DNA from: Macrostomum lignano
Taxonomy: Eukaryota
DNA: 64,000 nt
Direction of reading: 5' to 3'
Assembly: GCA_002269645.1 (NCBI GenBank)
Contig: NIVC01000424.1
Span: 124,001-188,000, forward strand
Shown here: positions 51,228 to 63,864 of the stretch, one piece after another
Layout: each line of letters starts with the position of its first letter
Numbering within the stretch: position 1 is the first letter of the stretch
Made by a program: the position numbers and the translations under genes
The notes under the pieces: model-generated
What the model was told of the DNA's origin: nothing
The model's database searches: none
The model's input: the letters and a program-made list of their open reading frames with translations, nothing else

Positions 51228-52445
51228 CCCCCTCGAAGGAAATGGCACCACACCCTCGAAGGAAATGGCACCACACCCTCGAAGGAAATGGCACCACACC
51301 CTCGAAGGAAATGACACCACACCCTCGAAGGAAATGGCACCACACCCTCGAAGGAAATGGCACCACACCCTCGAAGGAAATGGCACCACACCCTCGAAGG
51401 AAATGGCACCACACCCTCGAAGGAAATGGCACCACACCCTCGAAGGAAATGGCACCACACCCTCGAAGGAAATGACACCACACCCTCGAAGGAAATGGCA
51501 CCACACCCTCGAAGGAAATGGCACCACACCCTCGAAGGAAATGGCACCACACCCTCGAAGGAAATGGCACCACACCCTCGAAGGAAATGGCACCACACCC
51601 TCGAAGGAAATGGCACCACACCCTCGAAGGAAATGGCACCACACCCTCGAAGGAAATGGCACCACACCCTCGAAGGAAATTACACCACACCCTCGAAGGA
51701 AATTACACCACACCCTCGAAGGAAATGGCACCACACCCTCGAAGGAAATGGCACAACTCTCAAAGGAAATGGCACAACTCTCAAAGGAAATGGCACAACT
51801 CTCAAAGGAAATGGCACCACACCCTCAAAGGAAATGGCACCACACCCTCAAAGGAAATGGCACCACACCCTCGAAGGAAATGGCATCACACCCTCGAAGG
51901 AAATGGCATTACACCCTCAAAGGAAATGGCATCACACCCTCAAAGGAAATGGCACCACACCCTCGAAGGAAATGGCATTACACTCTCAAAGGAAATGGCA
52001 TCACACCCTCGAAGGAAATGGCATCACACCCTCGAAGGAAATGGCACCACACCCTCGAAGGAAATGGCATTACACCCTCGAAGGAAACGGCACCACACCC
52101 TCAAAGGAAATGGCATCACACCCTCGAAGGAAATGGCACCACAACCTCGAAGGAAATGGCACCACACCCTCGAAGGAAATGGCACCACACCCTCGAAGGA
52201 AATTGCACAACTCTCAAAGGAAATGGCACAACTCTCAAAGGAAATGGCATTACACCCTCGAAGGAAATGGCACCACACCCTCAAAGGAAATGGCACCACA
52301 CCCTCAAAGGAAATGGCACCACACCCTCAAAAGAAATGGCACCACACCCTCAAAGGAAATGGCACCACACCCTCAAAGGAAATGGCACCACACCCTCAAA
52401 GGAAATGGCACAAAGGAGCTGGCAACCCTTTGAAGGAAATGGCTC
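51228..52445. repeat. 23-bp minisatellite GAAGGAAATGGCACCACACCCTC with 21-bp variants
   Basis: Direct reading. Confidence 0.95.
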
Positions 52446-52917
52446 CCCTGAAAAAGGAAATATTGATTTCATTACACTTCATCATTTCAACACAGTCATT
52501 GTCCTTATTCAGCAAAAAGTCAGCTTTCGAATCCAGGTAACAGCTGCGCTGAAAGGTCCCTGAAAGAGACAACTATTTTTCGGCTTGCTTGACTTTCACT
52601 TTGCTGCATCCAGAAGATTGTGGGGGAAAGTGGGGGAGGGGACACTTGAGAGGAAATTCTATTTGTCAGTTTCCATATTCAGGGCTTCAAGCTGTGAAAT
52701 CTTTATTCTTATGTTTATTAACTATTTTGTTGTAAAATTCGTCGCATATTTTGTTTAAGTTGACTTATTCAGCAACACCGGAAATTTAAATAGCTAAGCT
52801 GGTTTCATGTTTATTTTTAAACAGAATTAAACTCTGACTGCTACAACAATTGCAAAATGTTTAACGGAACGTGTGAATTTTTTATTTTATAAGATATACC
52901 TCACATTGTCGGCAGGT

Positions 52918-53450
52918 TTTTCATGAGATTATCTGTAGGATTCTCATGAGATTATCTGTAGGAGTCTCATGAGATTACATGTGAGATTCTCACGAGATTA
53001 TCTGTGAGATTCTCATGAGATTTTCTGTAGGATGAGATTATCCGTGAGATACTCATGAGATTATCTGTAGGATTCTCCTGAGATTATCTGTGAGATTCTT
53101 ATGAGATTATCTGTGAGATTCTTATGAGATTATCTGTGAGATTCTCATGAGATTATCTGTAGGATTCTCATGAGATTATTTGTGGGATTCTCATGAGGTT
53201 ATCTGTGAGATTTTTATGAAATTATCCGTGAGATTTTCATGAGATTATCTGTAGAATTCTCATGAGATTATCTGTAGGAGTCTCATGAGATTATCTGTAG
53301 GATTCTCATGAGATTATCTGAAGGAGTCTCATGAGATTATATGTGAGATTCTCATGAGATTATCTGTAGGATTCTCATGAGATTCTCTGTAGGATTCTCA
53401 TGAGATTATCTGTGTGGATTCTCACGAGATTATCTGTGAGATTTCTCACA
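52918..53450. repeat. 23-bp minisatellite containing the palindrome TCTCATGAGA
   Basis: Direct reading. Confidence 0.92.
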
Positions 53451-53929
53451 ATATTATCAATGGGATTTCTAACGAGTCTATTTTTAGCTTAAACTCATTT
53501 ATTAACATGTGAAACTTCAAACCCGTAAAATTCAGCAAAGAAGTCAGCCGCTCTATGAATCATTCGGATAGATTTATCAAAGTTTATTCAATCAACACCC
53601 GAATGCAGCCTTTTATACTGTAGCCTACCGGAGATAGAGTTAAAGGTCCGTATCTTATCAGTTATTACGCAATCAAATAACATTTTCAACTTTTATGGTG
53701 ACTGAACTAAGCAGTTTATTTAGTAACATCCACAATTAATACGTTAAAAGGTTTACTGGAATATTTGTTTTAAATGTGCAATTTGTAACCCAAGATTAAA
53801 AATTCGCATTACGCAATCGCGGCTCTCGCTGATAGTCGTAACTACAGACGTCAGGTGACTAAAATTTGTTTAAAACAAAAGCATTTCGATTTTAATCCGA
53901 GAATTTTTGCTGAAACTCAAACCTGAAAT

Positions 53930-54410
53930 CTCTAACAGCCGAATACCTCAGAATCCTGAATTTCCGAGAAACCCAAATCTCTCAAAACCCGAATATCCCC
54001 GAGACCCAAATTTTCCTAAACCGAATTTCCCCGAAACCCGGTTATCCCCAAAACCCGAATATCCCCAAAAACCGAATTTTCTTATACACGAATTTCCGAG
54101 AAATAGAATTTCCTCAAAATCTGAATTTCCCCGAAACACAAGTTTCCCCAAAGCACGAATTTCCCGAAACCCGAATATCTAAAAAACGCGAATTTTCCGA
54201 AGCCAAATTTCCCGAAACCCGAATTTCCCCGAAACACGAATTTCCCGAAACCCAAATTTCCCCAAAATCCGAATTTCCCCGAAACACAAGTTTTCCTAAA
54301 ACCCGAACTTTCCCGAAACCTGAATTCCCCCGAAACCCGAACTTCCCGAAACCCGAATTTCCCCGAAACCCGAACTTCCCGAAACCCGAATTCCCCCGAA
54401 ACCCGAATTG
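53930..54410. repeat. Degenerate TTTCCC(C)GAAACCCGAA repeat upstream of FoxL1
   Basis: Direct reading. Confidence 0.85.
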
Positions 54411-54682
54411 ATCCACCGGAAATGAAATAAACACAAGGAGACCAAACATAAATAGAATGCTGTTGCTGGACAGACATGCCCAATGCAGTTTCCAGCCTGA
54501 CGAGCAAAGTTTATATTTAAACAATTTTTACAACTTCCCGTCCGATAAAATTTCACCTTCGATTTTTAGCTTGAAGGCCATAAATAATCATTTTAAGAAG
54601 TCGAATTTCGATATTTTGTCCCTCTCTTCCCGTTCATTCATAGAAGGCCAGCCTTGTGTGGAAATGCTTGACAATCAAGTGG

Positions 54683-54727
54683 ATTGGATTGGACCTGCGT
54701 CACCACCACCCCATTCCGCCAGCCAAT
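54683..54727 (+). promoter_or_regulatory. CCAAT-box cluster, putative FoxL1 proximal promoter
   Basis: ATTGG at 54683 and 54688 and CCAAT at 54723, 170-215 bp upstream of the ATG. Confidence 0.35.
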
Positions 54728-54897
54728 AGGAAGCCAGCAGTCCTGGGGGGGGGGTTGGCGGTGGAGGGACGAACCCCGACCCAGCTCTGGCTGATCTATT
54801 ATTGCTTAAAATCGCAATCAAAATCGCAATCGCAAATCTCGTTTGGCGTCGCAACTTCTAGCGAGTTTCACAAAAAAATTAATTGTTATCATTAAAA

Positions 54898-55120
54898 ATG
54901 GATCCTTTCGTAGCTTTTCCGCCAGCCTACCTGGGTCAGCAGCATCAGCCGCATCAGCCAGATCCCGCCGCCATGGCCAGCTATTATCGAGCTTTGATGG
55001 CTGGTGAGCTGACCAGCGTCACCTCCGGGATGGAAAGTCCGCCAAAACCGCCCTATTCTTACATTGCTCTCATTGCCATGGCAATTAAAAGCGCTCCGGA
55101 CAGAAAGATCACATTGAATG
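54898..55120 (+). CDS. FoxL1: FoxL1-class forkhead transcription factor exon 1
   Basis: aaaATGg at 54898; [27 protein letters not shown]; phase-1 donor G|gtgagt at 55120/55121. Confidence 0.88.
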
Positions 55121-55134
55121 GTGAGTAGTGATGG

Positions 55135-57080
55135 GTATTCACGGTGTTTGAGTTTAGGATTCACGTCTGTTTGAGTTTGGGATTCACGCTTTTTGAGTTT
55201 AGGATTCACGCTGTTTGAGTTTGGGATTCACGCTGTTTGAGTTTAGGATTCACGCTGTTTGAGTTTGGGATTCACGCTGTTCGAGTTTGGGATTCACGCT
55301 GTTCGAGTTTAGGATTCACGCTGTTTGAGTTTGGGATTCACGCTGTTTGAGTTTGGGATTCACGCTGTTTGAGTTTAGGATTCACGCAGTTTGAGTTTGG
55401 GATTAACGCTGTTTGAGTTTGGGATTCGCGCTGTTTGACTTTAGGATTCACGCTGTTTGAGTTTGGGATTCACGTCTGTTTGAGTTTAGGATTCACGCAG
55501 TTTGAGTTTAGGATTCGCGCTGTTTGACTTTAGGATTCACGCTGTTTGAGTTTAGGATTCACGCTGTTTGAGTTTGGGATTCACGTCTGTTTGAGTTTGG
55601 CATTCACGTCTGTTTGAGTTTAGGATTCACGTCTGTTTGAGTTTGGGATTCACGTCTGTTTGAGTTTGGCATTCACGTCTGTTTGAGTTTAGGATTCACG
55701 CAGTTTGAGTTTAGGATTCGCGCTGTTTGACTTTAGGATTCACGCTGTTTGAGTTTAGGATTCACGCTGTTTGAGTTTGGGATTCACGTCTGTTTGAGTT
55801 TGGCATTCACGTCTGTTTGAGTTTAGGATTCACGTCTGTTTGAGTTTGGGATTCACGTCTGTTTGAGTTTGGCATTCACGTCTGTTTGAGTTTAGGATTC
55901 ACGTCTGTTTGAGTTTGGGATTCACGCTGTTTGAGTTTGGCATTCACGCTGTTTGAGTTTAGGATTCACGTCTGTTTGAGTTTGGAATTCACGCTTTTTG
56001 AGTTTAGGATTCACGCTGTTTGAGTTTAGGATTCACGCTGTTTGAGTTTGGGATTCACGTCTGTTTGAGTTTGGGATTCACGCTGTTTGAGTTTAGGATT
56101 CACGCTGTTTGAGTTTGGGATTCACGCTGTTTGAGTTTGGGATTCACGCAGTTTGAGTTTGGGATTCACGTCTGTTTGAGTTTGGGATTCACGCTGTTTG
56201 AGTTTAGGATTCACGCTGTTTGAGTTTGGGATTAACGCTGTTTGAGTTTGGGATTAACGCTGTTTGAGTTTAGGATTAACGCTGTTTGGGTTTGGGATTA
56301 ACGCTGTTTGAGTTTAGGATTCACGCTGTTTGAGTTTGGGATTAACGCTGTTTGAGTTTAGGATTCACGTCTGTTTGAGTTTGGAATTCACGCTTTTTGA
56401 GTTTGGGATTCACATCTGTTTGAGTTTGGGATTCACATCTGTTTGAGTTTGGGATTCACATCTGTTTGAGTTTGGGATTCACGCTGTTTGAGTTTTGGAT
56501 TCACGCTGTTTGAGTTTGGAATTCACGCTGTTTGAGTTTTGGATTCACGCTGTTTGAGTTTGGAATTCACGCTGTTTGAGTTTTGGATTTATGTCTGTTT
56601 GAGTTAAGCATTCACGCTGTTTGAGTTTGGGATTAACGCTGTTTGAGTTTAGGATTCACGCTGTTCGAGTTTGGAATTCACGCTGTTCGAGTTTAAGATT
56701 CACGTCTGTTTGAGTTTAAGATTCACGCTGTTTGAGTTTGGGATTCACGCTGTTCGAGTTTGGAATTCACGCTGTTTGAGCATAGGATTCACGATCTTTG
56801 AGTTTAGGATTCACGCTGTTTGAGTTTTGGATTTATGTCTGTTTGAGTTTGGGATTCACGCAGTTTAAGTTTAGGATTCACGCTGTTTGAGTTTGGGATT
56901 CACGCTGTTCGAGTTTGGAATTCACGCTGTTTGAGCATAGGATTCACGATCTTTGAGTTTAGGATTCACGCTGTTTGAGTTTTGGATTTATGTCTGTTTG
57001 AGTTTTGGATTTATGTCTGTTTGAGTTAAGCATTCACGCTGTTTGAGTTTAGGATTCACGTCTGTTGAGTTTAGGATTAA
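55135..57080. repeat. 22/23-bp minisatellite GTTTGAGTTTAGGATTCACG(T)CT, ~88 copies (FoxL1 intron)
   Basis: Direct reading; starts about 15 bp after the donor. Confidence 0.95.
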
Positions 57081-58019
57081 CATTGCTAATTGATGGTATT
57101 CACAATGTTGGTAAAATTCACATTTAAATTTAGTGATTCACACTTTGGGTATTCACACTAATAAGAAAACGATCAAACTACCTTTTCCCCCATTCACGTT
57201 GGTAACTAATGCGTTCACACTTTCTATTTTCATTTTGTTCACGCTGTTTCACCAACAAAATTCAGTTTAGGGAATTATAGCGCCGGAAACTCCTCAAGGC
57301 GTTTTGCATTTTTAGTCCCGGATACGAAAATCCTGACTTGCTGATCTTGAAAATCGGGATGTGGCATTCCGCACTGCCAGAGGGTGTTTGAGGAAGATAG
57401 AATACAGGCTATGGGGGCTTCATACAGTTTAGATTGACATGTTTGACTGACTAATTGAAAATAACGAACGAATCTGGTAGGGGTAGGGGGAGGGGATTTA
57501 TCGGACTGTCAACATGTAATATGGGAAGATTTGCAGCATGCAGGAGGCTGCATGGGTGATGGGATAACCATTTGGCCTCAGGGTTAGTTTTGCCGGCGTT
57601 CGTTGATATATTTAACAGGGATTATCCCGGCTTGGGGATGTAGATTATGGAATCGAGATTCTTGTTTATACCAACGCATAATAATCCCATATCAGGTGGA
57701 TCCCTACAGACCGCGGGCTTTGGAGGGGGGTTGCCAGGCCACTTGACAACCTGCAGGGGGATTTGCAATTCCTCAATGGACTTGTGCCCCCCATATTGGG
57801 CAGTTCAAGTGTCACTGTGTATAGTCTTAATGCATGCAGATGTGTGCAGATAGAACCGAATGACTGGGTCCAAACATTACGGCTGGGTTATTGTTGTGTT
57901 TCCTTATAGGATATTTCATCCACTTGATTCCTGATGCAGTCGCTGCGGGAGTAAATTTTTAATTGAAATTCAAGACTTCGTTTTGAAATTTAGTTTGGCA
58001 AACACGAGCACACGCATTA

Positions 58020-58362
58020 TGGGCGTCCCCGCCTACTGACACCTGGAGTTGGCGCCCCCATCTACTGACACCTGGAATTGGCGCCCCTGTCCAAACTGAC
58101 ATCTGAAATTGGCGCCCCCTCACAACTGACACCTGGAATTGGCGCCCCATCTGCTGACATCTGGAATTGGCGCCCCCTTCCCAACTGATACCTGAAACTG
58201 GCGCCCCTATCCAAACTGACACCTGGAATAGGCGCCCCTATCCAAACTGACACCTGGAATAGGGGCCCCTATCCAAACTGACACCTGGAATAGGCGCCCC
58301 TATCCAAACTGACACCTGGAATAGGCGCCCCTATTCAAACTGACACCTGGAATTGGCGCCTT
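58020..58362. repeat. ~31-bp repeat CCAAACTGACACCTGGAATAGGCGCCCCTAT (FoxL1 intron)
   Basis: Direct reading. Confidence 0.9.
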
Positions 58363-58482
58363 TTGACAATCGAAGTGTCTGAAGCGCCTGAGGATGAGGA
58401 GCATATGAAAAAGTCAGGCCCATAAAATTGTTCAAAAGAAACTCAACACCACAAAAATCCGTCACACCGCCTTCATGCGCAG

Positions 58483-59471
58483 GGATCTACCAGTTCATCA
58501 TGGACCACTTCCCCTACTACCACGAGAACAAGCAGGGCTGGCAGAACTCCATCCGGCACAACCTGTCACTCAACGAATGCTTCGTCAAAGTCCAGCGCGA
58601 CAAAGGCCGCCCGGGCAAGGGCAACTTCTGGACGCTGGCCGAGAACTGCGAGGAGATGTTCGAGAACGGCAACTACAGACGGCGGAAGAGGCGCCAGAAA
58701 CCGGCCGAGTCTGCGGGATCGACAGCCGATGCTGAAGCTGCCGGTCAACAGTTTGATGAAGATGGGACTGGATCCTCAGCTGCCGAGATGCAGAAGCGGC
58801 CGCGACTGTTTGCAGCCGCCACCGCAAGCATGTCAGCGGCGACAACCGCTCGAAGCAGCTTCCGTATTGACGATCTGATGTCTTCTGGGAGTCCCAGAGC
58901 CTCGGCTGATCCCTACCAGCACCCCTACCAGCACCCCTACCAGCATCAGTGCCGGCCTTCTCGAGACGACTTCCCCGCATGCACACCGGATGCCGGCAGC
59001 AGCAGCCGCTCAGCGAAGCAGAAAGTCTTCGACAACATCCCCAACCCGCCAACTCGGCCGGGAACAATGCCTGCTTCTTCTGCAACAACTTCGGCTGCTG
59101 CTTCTGCTTCTGGTGTCCTGTTTGCTGCTGGCGGAGCTTCAATGCCGCTGCCGCCTCCGCCGCCTCCGCCGCCGCCGCCTCCGCCACCACCGTCGCTGCC
59201 TCTGGACTTCAGCGGTCTGTACAGTCAGTATGCCGCTCTGGCGCTCCTGGCCAATCAGCTGAGAGCAACTTCGACTTTGCCTCCGCTGCCGGGGCTGCCG
59301 CCGCTGCCTCCGCTGGCGTCGCAGCTTCAACAGCAGCTGCATCAGATACAGCAGCAGCAGCAGCTACAGTACACAGAAGCCATCACCGTGACAACAGCAA
59401 CTGCCATTGATGCAACCAATTCAACAACTTCATCGCCATCGGAGTCGCCTAATTCGACTAAGACGAGATGA
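58483..59471 (+). CDS. FoxL1: FoxL1-class forkhead transcription factor exon 2
   Basis: Acceptor gcgcag|GG at 58482/58483; [51 protein letters not shown]...[12 protein letters not shown]. The YHEN, KGRPGKG and GNYRRRKR motifs favour FoxL1 over FoxC. Contains an eh1-like motif SSFRIDDLM. Total 403 aa. Confidence 0.88.
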
Positions 59472-59618
59472 AACTGTAAAAACAAGAAATTTAATTGAAT
59501 TTGCTGGCGTAATTGATTGCAAAATATTTCTGTTTTATCTGCAAATTTGTTTGTTATTTACTTCAAAATAATGATAGCTATAGAGTAGATTCTGGGTGAC
59601 AGTGGGACAGAAAGTCCA

Positions 59619-60125
59619 CGGAAAGTAGAGGCGGAAAGTAGGGGCGGAAAGTAGGGGCGGAAAGTAGGGGCGGAAAGTAGGGGCGGAAAGTAGGGGCGGA
59701 AAGTAGGGGCGGAAAGTAGGGGCGGAAAGTAGGGGCGGAAAGTAGGAATGGAAAGTAGGGGCGGAAAGTAGGGGCGGAAAGTAGGGGCGGAAAGTAGGGG
59801 CGGAAAGTAGGGGCGGAAAGTAGGGGCGGAAAGTAGGAATGGAAAGTAGGGGCGGAAAGTAGGGGCGGAAAATAGGGGCGGAAATTAGGGGCGGAAAGTA
59901 GGGGCGGAAAGTAGGGGCGGAAAGTAGGGGTGGAAAGTAGGGGCGGAAATTAGGGACGGAAAGTAGGGGCGGAAAGTAGGGGCGGAAAGTAGGGGCGGAA
60001 AGTAGGGGCGGAAAGTAGGGGCGGAAAGTAGGGGTGGAAAGTAGGGGCGGAAATTAGGGACGGAAAGTAGGGGCGGAAAGTAGGGGCGGAAAGTATGGTG
60101 ACAGAGGGGCGGAAATAGGGGTGGA
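59619..60125. repeat. 13-bp G-rich array GGGGCGGAAAGTA, ~36 copies
   Basis: Direct reading. Confidence 0.95.
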
Positions 60126-60977
60126 TTTTTGACAAGGGGTGGGAAATAGTGACAGAGATGGCAAGGTGACAGTGGGAGTCGGAATAGGGGCGGAAATAGG
60201 GGCGGAAACAGGGGGCGGATACCTAATTATAGTGACTATAACAGTCACAGTGAGTGCAGACTGCAACTACAAGCAATTACTAAAAATATGATAGTTGTAG
60301 ATCTTCATAGCATCAGCTCCCACTGTTTACACTTGCACTAAGGTTTCTTTTTCTGTCTGCAATTGCAAAGCAACTGTTGCTAGCGTTGTTGACTTTACTT
60401 TTACTTAATTTTCTGTTCTGTACACTCATGCCTTCTACTGCCTATAGTTGTTAGTTGGTGTTGCCCTGCATTCGTGTTGATATACCAGGGTACTATATAA
60501 TCTATAGTATAGTTTTAGCAACACAGCTTATTTATAAGAAGTTTCTTTTTTAAACAAAAATTTGTCACCCATGTCGCTTATGCCTATAATTGCACCTTGA
60601 CTTCCTTCCGTCTGTCGAGCTACTGCTTCTACCTAATCATAATCATATTCGAATTATAACATAAGACCTTTATTCGAACCCAATTGTCGAAGTTGAAGTC
60701 TGCTTATTTCCATCATCAAGTGCTGGCCCTAGTGCAGCTTCTATTAATTATATTGACTCTATTTAAGTTGAGCTTAGTCTGACAAAAATAATCTCAATTC
60801 ACTGAACTGTTTATACCAAATATGATACATTCGAACACTAATATTTAGATTTGCCAATTTCAATTTTGGTCAGACTTCATTGAAACTGTGCAAAATTTCA
60901 GCATGTTTTGATTTCGTTTGACTAAAGTGCATTGGTGCGAACGCATCTAGATGCAGTGAAGTATCCAGATGCGCCCT

Positions 60978-61670
60978 CCGTTCACACAGAATCCCATCTG
61001 TTCACACAGAATCCCATCTGTTCACACAGAATCCCATCTGTTCAAACAGAATCCCATCTGTTCAAACAGAATCCCATCTGTTCACACAGAATCCCATCTG
61101 TTCAAACAGAATCCCATCTGTTCACACAGAATAACCTTCGCTCACACAGAATGCCCTCCATTCACACAGAATACCCTCTGTTCACACAGAATCCCATCTG
61201 TTCACACAGAATCCCACCTGTTCACACAGAATCCCATCAGTTCACACAAAATCTTATCTGTTCATACAGAATCCTCTCCGTTCACACAGAATATCCTCTG
61301 TTCACACAGAATCCCATCTGTTCACACAGAATCCCATCTGTTCACACAGAATCCCATCTGTTCACACAGAATAACCTCCATTCACACAGAATATCCTCTG
61401 TTCACACAGAATCCCATCTGTTCACACAGAATACCCTCCATTCACACAGAATACCCTCCATTCACACAGAATATCCTCTGTTCACAAAGAATCCCATCCG
61501 TTCACACAGAATCTCATCTGTTCACACAGAATCCCATCCGCTCACACAGAATACCCTCCATTCACACATAATATCCTCTGTTCACACAGAATCCCATCCG
61601 TTCACACAGAATCTCATCTGTTCACACAGAATCCCATCCGTTCACACAGAATCTCATCTGTTCACACATG
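60978..61670. repeat. 20-bp minisatellite GTTCACACAGAATCCCATCT
   Basis: Direct reading. Confidence 0.95.
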
Positions 61671-62397
61671 ATCCACTCCAATTATAAAAAATTTCCTACA
61701 TTCACACAGCGCCTCAGTCATTCACACAGCACCCTCCTTTCACTTTTCACTATTATTCACAGTTTTAAAAATAGTTATCTTTCTAAAAATAGATTGACAA
61801 GCTGAATTTCGCAAATTCCAAACACAAACTCTATAAGTTTACCAGGCACTAAAAGAAGTTCCAGATAAGGTTTTGATGAATAATTAAACTAAAACTTTCA
61901 CACCTTGCCATTGATTATCGCTAATAAAAAAGAAGAAGTCACGACGAGACCATTCTTGTATTATTTGGGCATAATGATGATTAAAAAGAAGACATTTCAC
62001 GCTGTTCCCAAAGACACACACACACCGAGGGTGTTTACACAGATGTTTACACAGAGTTTACACAGATGCCCCAATTCATAGCGAGGCCAACACCTTTTAG
62101 CAGTCGCACGGCTGTCTTTCGCACCTTATTAAATGTTTTCTCTGTTTGGGCGGGCTAATTCAATTTCCATATAAGTTTATCTGCTTGTGAAAACTATTTT
62201 TAAACAAACACTGTTATGTTGTGCAGTGGAAGCTGCTTTCCAGTGTGTGGCCCCTTTTTAGTTGCGTATAGGCTGGTCGAATTTATATATTGATATATAA
62301 CAAAATTATATGTTGTAATCTCTAAGAAAAAATTGTTTTACTTAGATAGTTCATTTGGTATTAAAAGGATAATTTAGTCAATTTGAGCTAGAGGAAG

Positions 62398-63076
62398 AAA
62401 GGTGAGAGAGATGAGGGAGAGAGATGAGGGAGAGAGATGAGGAGAGAGATGAGGGAGAGAGGTGAGGGAGAGAGGTGAGGAAGAGAGATGAGGGAAGGAG
62501 ATGAGGGAGAGAGGTGAGGGAGAGAGGTGAGGAAGAGAGATGAGGGAGGGAGATGAGGGAGAGAGGTGAGGGAGAGAGGTGAGGGAGAGAGATGAGGGAG
62601 AGAGATGAGGGAGGGAGATGAGGGAGAGAGATGAGGGAGAGAGATGATGGAGAGAGATGAGGGAGAGAGATGAGGGAGAGAGGTGAGGGAGAGAGGTGAG
62701 GGAGAGAGATGAGGGAGAGAGATGAGGGAGAGAGGTGAGGGAGAGAGGTGAAGGAGAGAGATGAGGGAGAGAGATGAGGGAGACAGGTGAGGGAGAGAGG
62801 TGAGGGAGAGAGATGAGGGAGAGATGAGGGAGAGATATGAGGGAGAGATATGAGGGAGAGAGACAAGGGAGAGAGACAAGGGAGAGAGATGAGGGAGAGA
62901 GATAAGGGAGAGAGAGATGAGGGAGAGAGACAAGGGAGAGAGACAAGGGAGAGAGACAAGGGAGAGAGATGAGGGAGAGAGACAAGGGAGAGAGATGAGG
63001 GAGAGAGACAAGGGAGAGAGACAAGGGAGAGAGACAAGGGAGAAAGGTGAGGGAGAGAAATGAGGGAGAGTGGTGA
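62398..63076. repeat. 13-bp purine array GAGGGAGAGAGAT
   Basis: Direct reading. Confidence 0.93.
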
Positions 63077-63864
63077 GGAAGAGAAGCATTTCACGTTTCC
63101 CTAATAGGCAATATATAAAAATAGACCGAATAATGTTGAACAAAGAGTGGGCAGGCTCTGAATGAAAGTTGAAATTCCATAACCGGAGCCGTAGCTAAGC
63201 TGGAACAGAAGGCGCAGTGCTAATGCGAAGCGAGAGTTGAGTCTATTTGTCTAAATGCCTTGGCGTCACACCTGCGAGTGGCCAAGTTCACACAGGCGCC
63301 TCCCACAGCCTACAAACAGGAGGTTGCTCTGATGTCATTGGGGGTAGAGTTGGGCAAACAGTTTATGCAGAGAGAGATAGCATACAGACACAAACATTAC
63401 ACATTCGTCAGGAATTGAGCAGTTAAAGTCACCGTTTTTTGTGCGTGACTGCGTGTTGAACATCCAACCTTATATACGGTTCGTGTTGAAAGACTCAGCA
63501 TTATATATATATATGCTAGCTTTGTCTATTTAGTTTGCAGAGTCTCCAATTTCTCAAACCCGTCTGGGCGTTTGTCTCCGCCTAGCACCTTGAGCTCGTG
63601 TTTGTCTGTTTGTGTAAGTCGCCTTTCAAATAATTCCCTACTAGATAGCGCCTCCCTTATGCCGCTCGCGCAAACTTTCCTGAGTTGGAATCATGTGCTC
63701 AAAATTTTTGAATGCAATTTTTACTGAGGATTGGAGAGCCTTTGTGTCCGGCTTCTTGGCTGGGGCGGGGGTATCTGCTTTCACTGTTGCTTGAGCGTGT
63801 GCTTTGAGTGTCTGCTTCTGCGAAATGTGTTCTACTAAAGCAAAATATAATCAGTGGGCTCAAT

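Noticed and set aside
47530-51230. Short protein-like segments between arrays (47.6-47.9, 49.4-49.7 and 50.97-51.23 kb)
   Set aside because: Interrupted by stops in all frames or unrecognisable; insufficient to call a gene or pseudogene.
51265-52563. Long ORFs (340-432 aa) and similar repeat-derived ORFs at 14497-15561, 16784-19242, 20398-21137, 23147-24052, 42264-43077, 48225-49340, 60932-61687 and 62374-63143
   Set aside because: They are stop-free translations of tandem repeats, often open in several frames and on both strands, with no domain content.
55135-57080. Telomere-like TTTAGG/TTTGGG and forkhead-like TGTTTG words in the FoxL1 intron array
   Set aside because: There are no TTAGGG runs, and TGTTTGA does not fit the RYAAAYA consensus.
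63184-63245. tRNA-like GGAGCCGTAGCTAAGCTGG...GAGTTGAGTC
   Set aside because: An A-box-like start is present, but the anticodon and T arms do not pair and the B box is defective. At most a decayed SINE or tRNA head.
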